In this document: piece after piece, positions 1 through 11,899 of the stretch
Numbering within the stretch: position 1 is the first letter of the stretch
How the letters are laid out: every line of letters begins with the position of its first letter
Assembly (NCBI RefSeq): GCF_006345805.1
Contig: NC_043026.1
Location: forward strand, 10,354,001-10,418,000
Reading direction: 5' to 3'
From: Octopus sinensis
Taxonomy: Eukaryota
DNA length: 64,000 bases
Notes under the pieces: model-generated
The model's input: only the letters and a program-made list of their open reading frames with translations
Databases searched by the model: none
Told to the model about the DNA's origin: nothing
Position numbers and translations under genes: made by a program

Positions 1-177
1 CACTTGGAACTTCAGAAGTGTCTGCACATAACCATCTGTCATTTCTTCTGTTAAGTTTTTGATCTACCAATGTGATCGTTTTCATCTACATCTATAAAGT
101 TCACTGTGTTTGTTTCCTCTATGCGTGGTCAAACTGCATAAAAGGTTAAAGGAAATAAATATATTTATTCTGATTAA
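1..177 (+). repeat. Putative intron-1 segment of ZNF1, inverted paralog of 27342-27519
   Basis: 1-177 is the near-exact reverse complement of 27342-27519 (cacttggaacttcagaagtg...tttattctgattaaa). Confidence 0.9.
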
Positions 178-189
178 AAAAACAATTTT

Positions 190-321
190 TTGTTACTGTA
201 TTTATTTGGAGATGCTCTGTCTTCCTTTCAAAGAATTTAGTAAAATAACTTATTTATCATTAAGCTGGTGTTATAAACATAAATTGTAACTGTGGTTTGA
301 GCCAGGTTGGTGTTGAAAGGG
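190..321. mobile_element. Partial piggyBac-type MITE (one terminus)
   Basis: Ends ...gttgaaaggg followed by TTAA (322-325); internal sequence resembles the 4951-5174 family. Confidence 0.6.
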
Positions 322-559
322 TTAACATTCTTTAAACTTCCGAGTAACGCCAGGTACTTAGGCTAGACTTACATAAAATACATGTACAGTTTTCATGTTA
401 TATTAAATGTATTTAGGTTTATGTATTGGACACATTGGTTATATGAAATGGCAGGATGTGACTTAAGCTATGGACACATAAGAGGTGCAGCAGTATCAAA
501 GGAAGGCTAACTGGAGGATATTTTTTGTATGTGGCAGTTGCTCAGGAGCAATAAATAAA

Positions 560-1497
560 ATTGAAAATGTGCAGAGAACAACTTCCTCCACATTCGAAGG
601 AGAAAAACTATAAGTAGTTGATAGCTTCCATTACCTAGGTGACCAAGTCAGGAGCGTGCACTGAAAGTGTAGCTGCTAGAATAAGAATAGCCTGGGCTAA
701 GTTCAGAGAGCTCTTACCCCTGCTGGTGACAAAGGGCCTCTTGCTCAGAGTAAAAGGTAGACTGTGCGACGCATGTGTATAAACAGCCATGCTACATGGC
801 AGTGAAACATGGGCTGTGACTGCTGAGGACATGCGTAAGCTCACAAGGAAGAAGCCAGCATGCTCTGATGGATGTGTAATGTCAGTGTGCATACTCGACA
901 GAGTGTAAGTACCTTGAGAGAAAAGTTGGACCTCAGAAGCATCAGATGTGGTGTACAAGAGAGACGACTGCGCTGGTATGGTCATGTAGCGAGAATGGCT
1001 GAGGATAGCTGTGTGAAAAAGTGCCACACCCTAGCAGTTGAGGGAACCTGTGGAAGAGGTAGACCCAGGAAGACCTGGGACGAGGTGGTGAAGCATGACC
1101 TTCAAACACTGGGCCTCACCAAGGTTAATGACTAGTGAACGGGACCTCTGGAAATATGCTGTGCTTGATAAGACTCGGCAAGCGCAGGTGAGACCATAAC
1201 CCTGTGGACTATGCCAAAGGTGTAACCAGTCCACTTATACGTGCCTTTCCTTCATTGGACACTAAACTCTGCTTGTGAAGACTTGTTGAGGCAAGTGAAA
1301 TCGAAATCAAATTCGATTACTGGCATCCGTACTAGAGGAGCACTAAGAGTACCATACGAGTGAGATCGTGGCCAGAGCAACAAGCTGGCCACCATGCCGA
1401 TGGCACATTAAAGACACCATTCGAGTGTGATCGTTACCTGCGTCGCCTTACAAGCACTTGTCCTGATGGTACATGAAAAAACATTTGAGAGAGGTCG
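560..1497 (+). mobile_element. RTE-clade LINE 3' fragment (end of RT ORF plus 3' UTR), degenerate
   Basis: ORF 872-1135 contains RRLRWYGHVARM and GRGRPRKTW, typical RTE C-terminal motifs; upstream frames are broken. Confidence 0.85.
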
Positions 1498-1857
1498 TTG
1501 CCCACAAGGGGCTACACACAGAGGGGACAAACAAGGGCAGACAAATGGATCACAGACGTATTCATACAGGAGAGAAAGGAAAAGGGTAGTTTTTTGTTTG
1601 GTGTGTCTTTTTAATATTCTTGTGTTTTGTACAAAGGAAAATAGGAGTAAAGTGTTTCAAAAATTTCTTTGTCTTTTTTTGTTTTTGCAATTTTCGCCTC
1701 TCCTTAATCCACCACTTCTTGTGCAGTCAATTATATCAAACCCGAAAGGATGACAGGCAGAGTTAACCTCAGAGGAATTTGAACTCAGAACATTGCGGCA
1801 GACGAAATACCGCTAAGCATTTCGCCCGGCGTGCTAACGTTTCTGCCAGCTCACCAC
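1498..1857 (-). mobile_element. tRNA-derived SINE family B, interrupted by a ZNF-derived insert
   Basis: Matches copies at 22608-22840 and 23938-24170 (cccgaaaggatga, gacgaaatac...ctgccagctc). Confidence 0.8.
1546..1726 (+). pseudogene. Copy of the ZNF1 terminal codons, stop and proximal 3' UTR
   Basis: Nearly identical to about 4789-5197 minus the 4951-5174 MITE (tggatcacagacgtattcatacaggagagaaaggaaaagggtag...). Confidence 0.9.
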
Positions 1858-2344
1858 CTTTTTTCAGTTCTTTCAGTTTCTGTCTACCAAGTCCACTTTG
1901 GTGGTTTTAGATGCACTGGTGCTATGAAAGAAAACACTTGCTCAAGGTGCTGCTCTGTGATACTGAACTTGAAATCAAAATTGATTTTCTTTTTTTCTTA
2001 TACAGTTGACTTTTCGTCACTCACCATTCTTGTTTGATCTGTAATAAAGATTGTAGGTCTTACAACTCTCCATGTGCTCATGTGTCTGCTCATCTCCCTT
2101 TAGTTTCACCTTCCAGTCGTGAATATTGAAGACTGTATTGGATGATGTAGTCATAGATATACAACACTATACAAACAGACAGGATTGTCATGGATGGAAT
2201 GTCATTAAACACATGTCTGCTCTGTCAGAAATGACCTGGACCTAAAGAACAGTATCAAGTTCTATTTCTGGAGAAGGACTAATGTTAGTGTCCCCTATTC
2301 TGTGGTTTTATTTTCAAACTGTTAAGCATTGTAAATTACCGTGA

Positions 2345-2520
2345 TGACCATCATCATCATTTAACGTCCATTGTCCAAGCTGTAATGGGTTGGATGGTTT
2401 GACAAGGGCTGGGAAGCTGCAGCAGACTCCAATCTGATTTGTCGTGATTTCTACAGGATGCTTTTTGTAGTGCCAACCACTTCATATTGCGCAGGGTGCT
2501 TTTCTATGGCACTACACGAG
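2345..2520 (-). mobile_element. Old RTE 3'-tail fragment shared by several ZNF units
   Basis: Has a (CAT)n end; homologs at equivalent positions 26530-26685 and 37860-38040. Confidence 0.7.
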
Positions 2521-2633
2521 CACGTCATGGCCACAAGTGCTTTTTGCCTCTAGAGGGACATGTCTTAACACTTTTGTTATGGACTGCAGATCTTGAGTAG
2601 AGCAAGTTGCCAGGAAACTTTTTCCTTTGTCAT

Positions 2634-2850
2634 CTGGCCGTTCGCCAGCTCTGTCTGGCACCTGTGCAGGTGGCACGTAAAAAACACCCACTACACTCGC
2701 GGAGTGGTTGGCGTTAGGAAGGGCATCCAGCCGTAGAAACACTGCCAGATCTGACTGGGCCTGACGAAGCCTTCCAGCTTCACAGACCCCAGTTGACCCG
2801 TCCAACCCATGCTAGCATGGAAAGCGGACACTAAATGATGATGATGATGA
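2634..2850 (+). mobile_element. RTE 3'-end element with (GAT)n tail, specific to ZNF1
   Basis: ggcgttaggaagggcatccagc...catgctagcatgg...gatgatgatga. The ZNF2 paralog shows the empty site tttgtcatcttcagaac (about 26395-26410, - strand). Confidence 0.85.
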
Positions 2851-2857
2851 TCTTCAG

Positions 2858-2962
2858 AACTTTATAACCTGTCTTTCTGGGAGTTCCACTCCCACACATT
2901 CAGTTTACTTTTTAGGGATTAGCACTTTATATAGCTGTGAGACGTACAGCTCAGTTGTTAAG
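2858..2962 (+). other. Putative non-coding (5' UTR) exon of ZNF1
   Basis: Bounded by cttcag| and |gtaaat, followed by a 96-bp GT-AG interval (2963-3058). No ATG; conserved in ZNF2, ZNF3 and ZNF4. Splicing is inferred. Confidence 0.5.
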
Positions 2963-3530
2963 GTAAATGTTTATTTCTACAGTTTATCTCAATAGAAACG
3001 AATCTGTATTTTTTAAATAGCCTCTACATCTTACAATGTTGTTTCTCTATAATTTCAGAACATCAAATAACTCTGACGTAACGAATGACACATCCTCAAT
3101 ATCTACCATGTTTTAAAAGCTAAAGGCACTATTATACGAAACAGATGTATCAGATTGTTCCTATGAATCTCTGGTAGGATTCCTGTGAAATATTTGCTCT
3201 GAATTAATATTATTAGACAAATTTGTGAACATCACCGACTGGAGTGTCAAGAAGAGGAGCCTGTGTACTAATTAAAGTTGGATTTAATTAATGAAAGTGT
3301 TGCTAAAGAAGAGTAGCAACTGGACAGAAATACAGCAGAAGAAGTGTTTGTAAGAAATAAAGTACAAGAAGAAAAGGAAGGAAAATGTATAAACTTGGAT
3401 TTGAGAGGAAAAGTAATGGAAAAGAGTGAGAAAATTATAGAATTGATTTCCTCTCGACACATGATAAAACACATAGGATCATATGACTGACATCTGTACC
3501 AAGTCCTTCTTTTAAAGAATATAACCTATT

Positions 3531-4832
3531 ATGCACAAACGTATTCATACAGGAGAGAGACCTTATCACTGTGATATATGTGGTAAATCATTCTCTCAAA
3601 ATTGTAACTTAACAAAACACAGACATACCGATACAGGAGAGAAACCGTATCATTGTGAGGTCTGTGGTAAATCATTCTCCCGAAATAGTAACTTAATAGA
3701 TCACAGCCGTATTCATACAGGAGAGAAACCATATCATTGTGATATCTGTGGTAAATCTTTCATCCGCAATAATGACGTAACTAGACATAAACGTATTCAT
3801 ACAGGAGAGAAACCTTATCATTGTGATATCTGTGGTAAAACATTCTCTCGTAATAGTACCTTAACTACACATAAACGTATTCATACAGGAGAGAAACCAT
3901 ATCATATTGATATCTGTGGTAAAACACTCTCTCAAAATAGTAACTTCATATATCACAGACGTATTCATACAGGAGAGAAGCCATATCGTTGTGATATCTG
4001 TGGTAAATCATTCTCCGGAAGAAGTCAAGTTACTTCACATAAACGTATTCATACAGGAGAGAAACCTTATCACTGTGATATCTGTGGTAAATCATTCTCT
4101 TGCAGTGGTTATGTTAGCGTGCACAAACGTATTCATACAGGAGAGAAACCTTATCACTGTGATATCTGTGATAAATCATTCTCTCAAATTAGTCAATTAA
4201 CTACACACAAACGTATTCATGCAGGAGAGAAACTGTATTATTGTGATATCTGTGGTAAATCATTCTCTAAAAATTGTAACTTAACAAAACACAGACCTAC
4301 CCATACAGGAGAGAAACCGTTTCGTTGTGAGGTTTGTGGTAAATCATTCTACCGAAATAGTAACTTAATAGATCACAGCCGTATTCATACAGGAGAGAAA
4401 CCATATCGTTGTGATATCTGTGGTAAATCATTCTCTAAAAATGGTAGCTTAATATATCACAGGCGTATTCATACAGGAGAGAAACCGTTTCATTGTGAGG
4501 TCTGTGGTAAATCATTCTCTCAAAATAGCGTTTTAACTTCACACAAACGTATTCATTCAGGAGAGAAACCGTTTCATTGTGATATCTGTAATAAATCATT
4601 CTCTCAAAATAGTAACTTAATATATCACAGACGTATTCATACAGGAGAGAAGCCATATCGTTGTGATATCTGTGGTAAATCATTCTCCGGAAGCAGTCAA
4701 GTTACTTCACACAAACGTATTCATACAGGAGAGAAACCGTTTCATTGTGATATCTGTGGTAAATCATTCTCTCGAAATTGTAACTTTATGGATCACAGAC
4801 GTATTCATACAGGAGAGAAAGGAAAAGGGTAG
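3531..4832 (+). CDS. ZNF1: C2H2 zinc-finger array, 15 fingers (finger 1 H->D and finger 5 C->I degenerate), no effector domain
   Basis: 433-aa ORF of 28-aa repeats with TGEKP linkers. Confidence 0.85.
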   Translation: MHKRIHTGERPYHCDICGKSFSQNCNLTKHRHTDTGEKPYHCEVCGKSFSRNSNLIDHSRIHTGEKPYHCDICGKSFIRNNDVTRHKRIHTGEKPYHCDICGKTFSRNSTLTTHKRIHTGEKPYHIDICGKTLSQNSNFIYHRRIHTGEKPYRCDICGKSFSGRSQVTSHKRIHTGEKPYHCDICGKSFSCSGYVSVHKRIHTGEKPYHCDICDKSFSQISQLTTHKRIHAGEKLYYCDICGKSFSKNCNLTKHRPTHTGEKPFRCEVCGKSFYRNSNLIDHSRIHTGEKPYRCDICGKSFSKNGSLIYHRRIHTGEKPFHCEVCGKSFSQNSVLTSHKRIHSGEKPFHCDICNKSFSQNSNLIYHRRIHTGEKPYRCDICGKSFSGSSQVTSHKRIHTGEKPFHCDICGKSFSRNCNFMDHRRIHTGEKGKG

Positions 4833-4950
4833 TTTTTTGTTTGGTGTGTCTTTTTAATATTCTTGTGTTTTGTACAAAGGAAAATACGAGTAAAGTGTTT
4901 CAAAAATTTCTCTGTCTTTTTTTGTTTTTGCAATTTTCGCCTCTCCTTAA

Positions 4951-5174
4951 CCCTTTCGTTACCAACCCGGCCAAAACCGGCTCTGGCTCTGTAGTACAAA
5001 TGTCTTGTTTCCATAAGTTTTGCATCAAAATATACCACCAAACCTTAGTCGCAATTTATATTCCTAATACTAGCTTAATGATATAACTAAGTTATTTTAC
5101 TAAATTCTTTGTTATATTTAAAATTAATCGAAAGAAACACAGAGCATATCAAAATAAATACAGTAACGAAAGGG
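4951..5174. mobile_element. piggyBac-type MITE (224 bp)
   Basis: TIRs ccctttcgttac / gtaacgaaaggg with TTAA on both sides; empty site seen at 1704-1707. Confidence 0.9.
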
Positions 5175-5703
5175 TTAATCCACCACTTCTTGTGCAGATT
5201 CCTTTCTATGTAAGGACCTCTATACCAAATCTCTCCCTCCTGAGACCCTATACGTTATTCTTTATTGTATCCTGTAATTACTGTATATTTATTGTTTGTT
5301 ATCTTAAACACTTCACTTATTAGATATGGTTATACGGTTAAAAGTTACGACTTTTTCTTACACAGGAATATTGTAAAGTTGTCAAACCTGTACATAAACA
5401 ATGACCCCCAAGTACAAAACAGAAGAGACCACAAAGGAAGAATATGAGGCATAAGTATAGTTTAGTGCCCCACTCCAGATTGATTCCTTGTTAGTTTCTG
5501 AAGAGATAAGTTCTCGAGGGTCCACATGAAGATTATTTTCATAAAATAGACAAAAAACGTGAGACCACTGCAGAGAAGCTTCCAACATATTAACCGTTAG
5601 AAAAACAATTGAAACTATGGCTCCATTAATTCTTGGCAATACCTGAAGAAAAGATCTTTATATTCCGAAATAGTATATCATACTATGAGTAATTAAATTG
5701 CTT

Positions 5704-6108
5704 ATAGGCGCAGGAGTGGCTGTGTGGTAAGTAGCTTGCTTACTAACCACATGGTTCCGGGTTCAGTCCCACTGCGTGGCACCTTGGGCAGGTGTCTTCT
5801 ACTATAGCCTCGGGCCGACCAAAGCCGTGAGTGGAGTTGGTAGACGGAAACTGAAAGAAGCCCGTCGTATATATGTATATGTATATATATATATGCATTT
5901 GTGTGTCTGTGTTTAACTCCCTAACATTGCTTGACAGCCGATGCTGGTGTGTTTTGTGTCCCCGTTACTTAGCGGTTCGGCAAAAGAGACCGATAGAATA
6001 AGTACTGGGCTTACAAAAGAATAAGTCCCGGGGTTGAGTTTCTCGATTAAAAGCGGTGCTGCAGCATGGCCGCAGTCAAATGACTGAAACAAGTAAAAGA
6101 GTAAAGAG
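5704..6108 (+). mobile_element. tRNA-derived SINE family A (full length)
   Basis: A-box-like tggctgtgtgg, B-box-like ggttcagtccc, central (TA)n, (aaaagagt)n tail; more than 12 copies in the window. Confidence 0.85.
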
Positions 6109-6316
6109 AGTATCCATTTCTTCAGCATGTAAGCCTAAATCCGGTTCAACCTAGACATGAAATTTTTACAAAATTGGAACAGTAAGTAGAATGCTCTCTT
6201 TTTTTCTTTTTTTTTTTTTTGTTAACACCTGTAACAGAGGCAACATGGCTTGTCTCAGAGACATGAAGATAAGATATGATTTCCTCTATTTACTTGCTGG
6301 CTGCCACAGTTGTGAC

Positions 6317-6775
6317 ATTTCTCTCTTGTCCTGTCTACTCAGAGATGTTTATACAACGGACAACATAGCTAATCCCTGTCTTTATGTACCAACGACTCTA
6401 AATTGTTGTTTCACTGATAATTCTAAATGAAACCCAATTCACCTTTGATGTATTCTTTGGGGAGGGGTTTCACCTTTTTGTACTTTTAATGTTTTTTTTT
6501 CTTTTCTTTTTGTAAAAATCTGTTGTTGAATAAAAATTCTATATTGTTCTTTATTATATACTGCATCCACAAATTTCTGTGAATTTATTGCTTATAATCT
6601 TTTAAAAGCTTCATCCATTAAATCCACAGACGTATCATTTCTCTCTTGTCCTGTCTACTCGGAGATGTTTATACAATGGACAACATAGCTAATCCCTGTC
6701 TTTATGTATCAACGACTCTAAATCGTTGTTTCCCTGATAATTCTAAATAAAAGCCAGCTCACCTTTGATGTATTT
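6317..6775 (+). repeat. Local direct duplication of about 140 bp (6317-6455 and 6637-6775)
   Basis: tttctctcttgtcctgtctactc...cacctttgatgtatt occurs twice, 320 bp apart. Confidence 0.85.
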
Positions 6776-7029
6776 CTTTTGTCTCTTATTTTATGAATTT
6801 AATGTGTGTCACTATAGTCGAAGGGTGTTTGGCTTAAGTTCAACAATTTGCATAAAAATAACGCAAAAAATACAGTACCCCATCCAGAAATAAAAGTATA
6901 GTAAAAGGCCATTGAGGAATTTGATGGATTTTTCATAAATACACGTGGTAGGTTTGATGTTTAATCAATAATATATATCTCGATAGGATATATAAAAAGA
7001 AATTGTAATGTCTTATGTTTTTAAGTGCA

Positions 7030-7330
7030 ATTAGGAGTACCCGTGTGGCAAGTAGCTTGCTTACCAACCACATGGCTCCGGGTTCAGTCCCACTGCATGG
7101 CACCGTAGGCAACTGTGTCTTCTACTATAGCCTTGTGAGTGGATTTGACAGACGGAAACTGAAAGAAGCCCGTCGTATATATGTATGTGTGTGTCTGTTT
7201 GTCCCTCCATCACTTGACAATCGATGCTGGTGTGTTTACGTCCCTGTAACTTAGCAGTTCGGCAAAAGAGACCGATAGAATAAGTACTGGGCTTACAAAG
7301 AATAAGTCCTGGGGTCGAGTTGCTCGACTA
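7030..7330 (+). mobile_element. SINE family A, internally deleted
   Basis: Homologous to 5704-6108. Confidence 0.8.
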
Positions 7331-7667
7331 AAGGCAGAGCTACAGTATCTGACAACTGTCTATGAAACAAAGTCGATGTTTTGCTAATTGCTCCACGTTA
7401 ACGAAGTTTGAACGTGATTACTGTGTGTTGGGACATAATATAGCATGTACACCAATTAAAGTTAATTTTCTCTACAGCTTAGAGTGTCTCGTTATTGAGT
7501 ACTTTTGGAGCAGGGGAATCTCATTGACTAATTATCGTTAAATAAATCTAAGCCACACATGACTATTAATTTGAGACGTTGAATGCAAATATCATTTCCA
7601 GTGAATATAATTATTGCTAATGAAACTTATTAATACATCTCAAAGTAGATTGTAATAAGTTGTTTAA

Positions 7668-7878
7668 CCCTTTAGCATTTAAACCGGCCAAAAATATTCT
7701 ACCTGTTTTATTTTCAAACTAGCCCTATCTGGTCTCTCACACCAACCCTACAATATTGTTTAAAAAATTAGCAGCTACCTCATCAAAATCTCATAGCTAC
7801 AAGATAATGCATGATTAATTCAAAACAGTGTGGATGAAGAAGCATTAATTTTGGCAGAATAATGCGAACACTAAAGGG
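7668..7878. mobile_element. piggyBac-type MITE, second family
   Basis: TIRs ccctttag / ctaaaggg with TTAA flanks (7664-7667, 7879-7882); relative at 49641-49846. Confidence 0.85.
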
Positions 7879-8029
7879 TTAATTCTAATCATTATTATTT
7901 CAACAGGAAGTTGTTTATGATGGGAGGCAGGGTTTACGATATCGGATGAATATCATCTTCTCCCATTAAAATTGCTCTTTGCGTTCAGGCAAGGAAAGAA
8001 ATCTCAAGTGGAAATACAAATTCAAAACC

Positions 8030-8346
8030 AGTTTTATTTACATAGTTACACAGAATAAATGAAGTGTATCGCTCTCAGTTGACCATCTCAAGCTGTGTGC
8101 GTCTCGTTGCATCACCGTTAATGCGGGCCCATTACCTCTGGAGATACGACATGCGGACAGGACTAGCCTGGAGACCCAGCCAGCAAATATGTGTGTTCAG
8201 CAAGCGCTTGCGGTGAAGAAGAGAGAGAATCTGTTTGCCGGGCCCTTATATCTAGTTTGCCATCGCGAGCCTCGTGATTTCGTGCATGGCAAATGGATGC
8301 AGGTGAGATCTCATCCAATATCGTGCTGACTGCTTGTGCTGCTACA
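8030..8346 (-). mobile_element. Putative 3' LTR of the Gypsy element
   Basis: On the - strand a polypurine tract gggggagccct (8357-8347) directly precedes TGTAGC; the far boundary is uncertain. Confidence 0.55.
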
Positions 8347-8999
8347 AGGGCTCCCCCATGCGAAATGGCAGTGCAAAAACAAAATAATTGGAGCAGGCAC
8401 ACGAAAGAGCAAAGATGGTAACTGATCGCAACCAACAAGATATGGTACAAAAATGTGACAAGTCAAATAGAAAAATAAATATAAAATGGCATGCACAAAA
8501 TATAACAAAATGTTCAATGGCAGAGTATTGGAACTGTCCAGTAACACCAGAAAGTAATTGTCTGACACAGGAAACACAAACAGAGAATGTCAAATATAAA
8601 CAGTCTTAATGAGTTTTTTTAGGCCAATGCATAGTGCAGCCAGTCCGGGTGACACAGGGTTTGATCATGTTAGGCAGTGGCGACGAAGGTGTAGGTGATG
8701 ATATGGTCAAAGGTGCATGTGTAGGTGGTTGTAAAGGACTAAAGGTGTTTGGGGTGTCAGCGAAGGTTGTGGACACCTCAAAATGTGCCCTTTTAAGTAT
8801 GTTGACCGACACGGTCTCCGCCCGACCATTCATGGCGAAACTAAAGGTTTTGGGTGCGCACGACAGCACACAAAATGTCCCTTATAAGGACAAACAAGAG
8901 GTCCTCTGACAATCATCCCCAACAAAAACATGAGTCCATTTGTCAATATCCGGAGGGATGCGAGAGAGAATAGACTGGTCACGCGGATGCATGGGTGGA

Positions 9000-10940
9000 A
9001 GACTCGAGAAATACGAGCAAAGTCTGGTGACATACAACATTGGATCAGGAGGTGATGAGTTGTTTGGCGCTAACATTGTACCAGGGAGTGCCAGGGTAGT
9101 ATTGCAAAGGAGAAACATAAGTCTGCTTTAACAGCAGTGCGACAACCAGGAAGAAAGATAGGCAGGAATTCTGTCCAAGACTGTGGATCAGAAATGCCAC
9201 GTAGGGCGGCCTTCAGTTGCCTGTGAAAATGTTCGACCATCCCATTGGAGGCTGGGTAGTAGCTGGTCGTATACATGTAATGAAACTCCTAGGATTCGTG
9301 ATAATTCACGAAATAGGGAAGCCTCAAACTGCTGCCCACGATCAGTGGTTATTTTAGCAGGGACACCAAAACGAGCAATCTAGTTAGAAACGAAAGCTGG
9401 AGCAACTGACTCGGCAAAAATGTCCACTATTGGAATAACCTCTGGCAAATGAGGGAAACAATCGACTCATGTCAATATGTAAGAGAAACCGCAACTGACG
9501 GGCCATGGTCCAACCAGATCAATGTAGACATAGCGAAAGCGAGTCTCCGGAGGAGAAAACAGTCCAAGAGGAATGCAAAATTGCCTGTGGATTTTAGAAC
9601 ATTGGCATTTTACACAAGAGCATGCCCAATCGGTGATCATCCGGCGCACATTAGGCCAGAAAAACCGAGCCATAGTAAACTTTACCGAGCAGCAACGCCA
9701 GGATGTGACTGTCAATGAAAAGGCATCAAAAACGGAGCGCTGGTGGTTCTCAGGTACAAACGGCCTGGGAGGACCAGTAGCTGTGTCACAAAGAATGGTG
9801 CCTCCAGCAGTCGGTAGTGGAAGATCAGTAAATTTGCAGCAGGACAACTTGGTAGAAGCTAAATCCAAAGTGTCCAGAGCTGGCTGATCCTGCGCAATGG
9901 CAGTTAAATCGATTGCAGCAGGAGATGAAAGGGAACACACAGGAAGAGTGTGTGTCGGCAGGCACGTTCTCTGTTCCAGGAATGTGCCGAATGTCACATG
10001 TCAACTGGGAAATGTAGTCCAGGTGACGAAAAGCACGAGGCGAGATATTGTCCGATCTAGATGACAGAGCAAATGTAAGAGGCTGGTGATCAGTATAAAT
10101 CACAAAATCTCGGCCCTCGAGTTGATGTCGAAAATGACGAACTGACAGGTGGATCGCCAAGAGCTCGCATTTAAACAAACTGGCTTTAACTGACGAGAAA
10201 AAAACGCCAAAGGTTTAGTCTGATTGTCTACAGTGTGCTGCAAAACATCACCAACCACAGAATCCGATGCCTCAACAGTCAAAGAGAGAGGAGCATCGGG
10301 AACGGGATGTGCAAGCAAAGGGACAGAAACTACTTCTTTCCTGACTGACTCAAAAGCAGATAAAGTAATAGAATTCTTTTTTGTATTTGCTTTCAATAGC
10401 TGAGTCAAGGGAAGTAACCTGTCTGTACGATCACGAATGAATCATCTGTAAAAGTTGACGACTCCCAAAAAGGGAGGTGCGATGCGCTGAATTGCATCGA
10501 CTTTGGAAGAGAGAGGTCTGATACCATTTGAGTTGATATAATGCCACAGAAATTCCAGAGAGGACTGCCCGAAAACATACTCATCGGGGTTGATTTGCAC
10601 GTTGTAGGCCTGAAGACGCTGAAAGAGTTGATTAAAGTGTTGGAAGTGATTCTCACGCGTGTCTCTTGCAATGAGTATGTCGTCAACATAAGTGAACACA
10701 AAATCAAGTCCATGGACAACTTCATCAATAAATCTTTGGAACTGCTCGTGACGTTCCACAAACCGAAGCTCATAAAAAGGAACTCGAAGCTGCCAAAGGG
10801 AGTAGTGATGGCAGTTTTTGGATCGTCCCCATGGTTGACTGGCATTTTATGATAGGCATAAATGAGGTCAATCTTAGAAAAAAATAGTACAAAATAAGCC
10901 AAATAGAGCAACTAGAACCTGTGTCAACCATGAACGCCTT
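9000..10940 (-). mobile_element. pol: Ty3/Gypsy pol remnant (protease stub, RT, RNase H, integrase), frameshifted
   Basis: FMVDTGS protease motif near 10917-10925; SKIDL, KTAITTPFG and YVDDIL (RT); TDHQPL (RNase H); FFWPNV..CVKCQ and SNGMVEHFHRQLKAAL (integrase). Confidence 0.9.
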
Positions 10941-10941
10941 G

Positions 10942-11537
10942 TTAAGACACGCGGTCCTTTACAAAAAATGCACAATTTGAGGATAATTGGCTGGAACTGC
11001 TTATATCATCATCATGTGATGAGGAAGCTGCAGTGGAGGAAACTTCGGAGCAGACATGTGAAGGTGCTGGCTGGAAGGCGAACTCTAAAATTTTATCAGC
11101 CATGGTAGCTAGTTGATCTACGGTATTGATATCAACCGCTGTGGCTAAAATGGTTTGCACATTGGGAGGTAGCTGAGAGAAGAAAAGCTTCCATAAGAGC
11201 AAGTTGTCCTCAGTCGTGTCGCTGAGTTCACAAAGATGCCACAAGAATTGAGACGGCTTCCTGTCTCCCGGTTCCTCATCCTGCATTAGCTGCTTAAAAT
11301 TAGACTCCTCGGATTTAGCGTTCTGTCGGAGAACCTCAGATATGACTACCTCGTAAGTCGCATCGGGATGAGGGTCAGTGATGAGATCCCTGACTGAAGT
11401 AGCAAGGGGTGCAGGAATGCTACAAAAGAGAAGATTTGTCACTGCGAAGGTGCCGCATGTGCCACAAAATACGCCCCCAACTGCGCGAACCAAAGCGTGA
11501 CGTCAACAGTGAAAGAAGGAAGACTAGGTAAACTCAT
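10942..11537 (-). mobile_element. gag: Ty3/Gypsy gag remnant
   Basis: MSLPSLPSF..LWFAQL, then VRDLI and GDRKPSQ, motifs typical of metazoan Gypsy gag. Confidence 0.8.
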
Positions 11538-11899
11538 TTTTTTTTCTCTGTCAGTGGAGAAAAAGAAAAGGACCAAAAAAAAAAAACCGAAAAAAAGCGT
11601 TGCTGGAAATAGCAGTGTGTGTGCAAAAAAAAAAAATTTTTTCTGAGTAAAATTTATTGAATCGTGTACTGTGTGAACAGCCAAAAAAGAAAAAAGTTTG
11701 ATTCAAAGCTGTTGTGCTAAAAGAAAAAAAAAAGACAAGTGCCACTACATGTTTAAACATGAATTAAACAAAATTAATTCACCGACAAAAATACATAAAT
11801 GTTTTATTTGTGTGTTTCAAATAATGAAGTAAACTTCATCTCCCTGAAACTTTAATATTTTCACAAAGTTAAATGTTTTCCTAACATTTCATTACAGAT

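Noticed and set aside
3529-4857. Off-frame and antisense ORFs over every ZF array (MISVVNHSL.., MIYHRYHND.., also at 24.8, 30.2, 36.5, 47.7 and 57.4-58.7 kb)
   Set aside because: Shadows of the 84-bp zinc-finger repeat; no independent coding evidence.
5704-5790. tRNA-like heads in SINE families A, B and C
   Set aside because: A/B boxes continue into SINE bodies in many copies; not tRNA genes.
8311-8609. Hydrophobic ORFs between integrase and LTR as a possible env
   Set aside because: Under 90 aa, low complexity and no recognisable envelope features.
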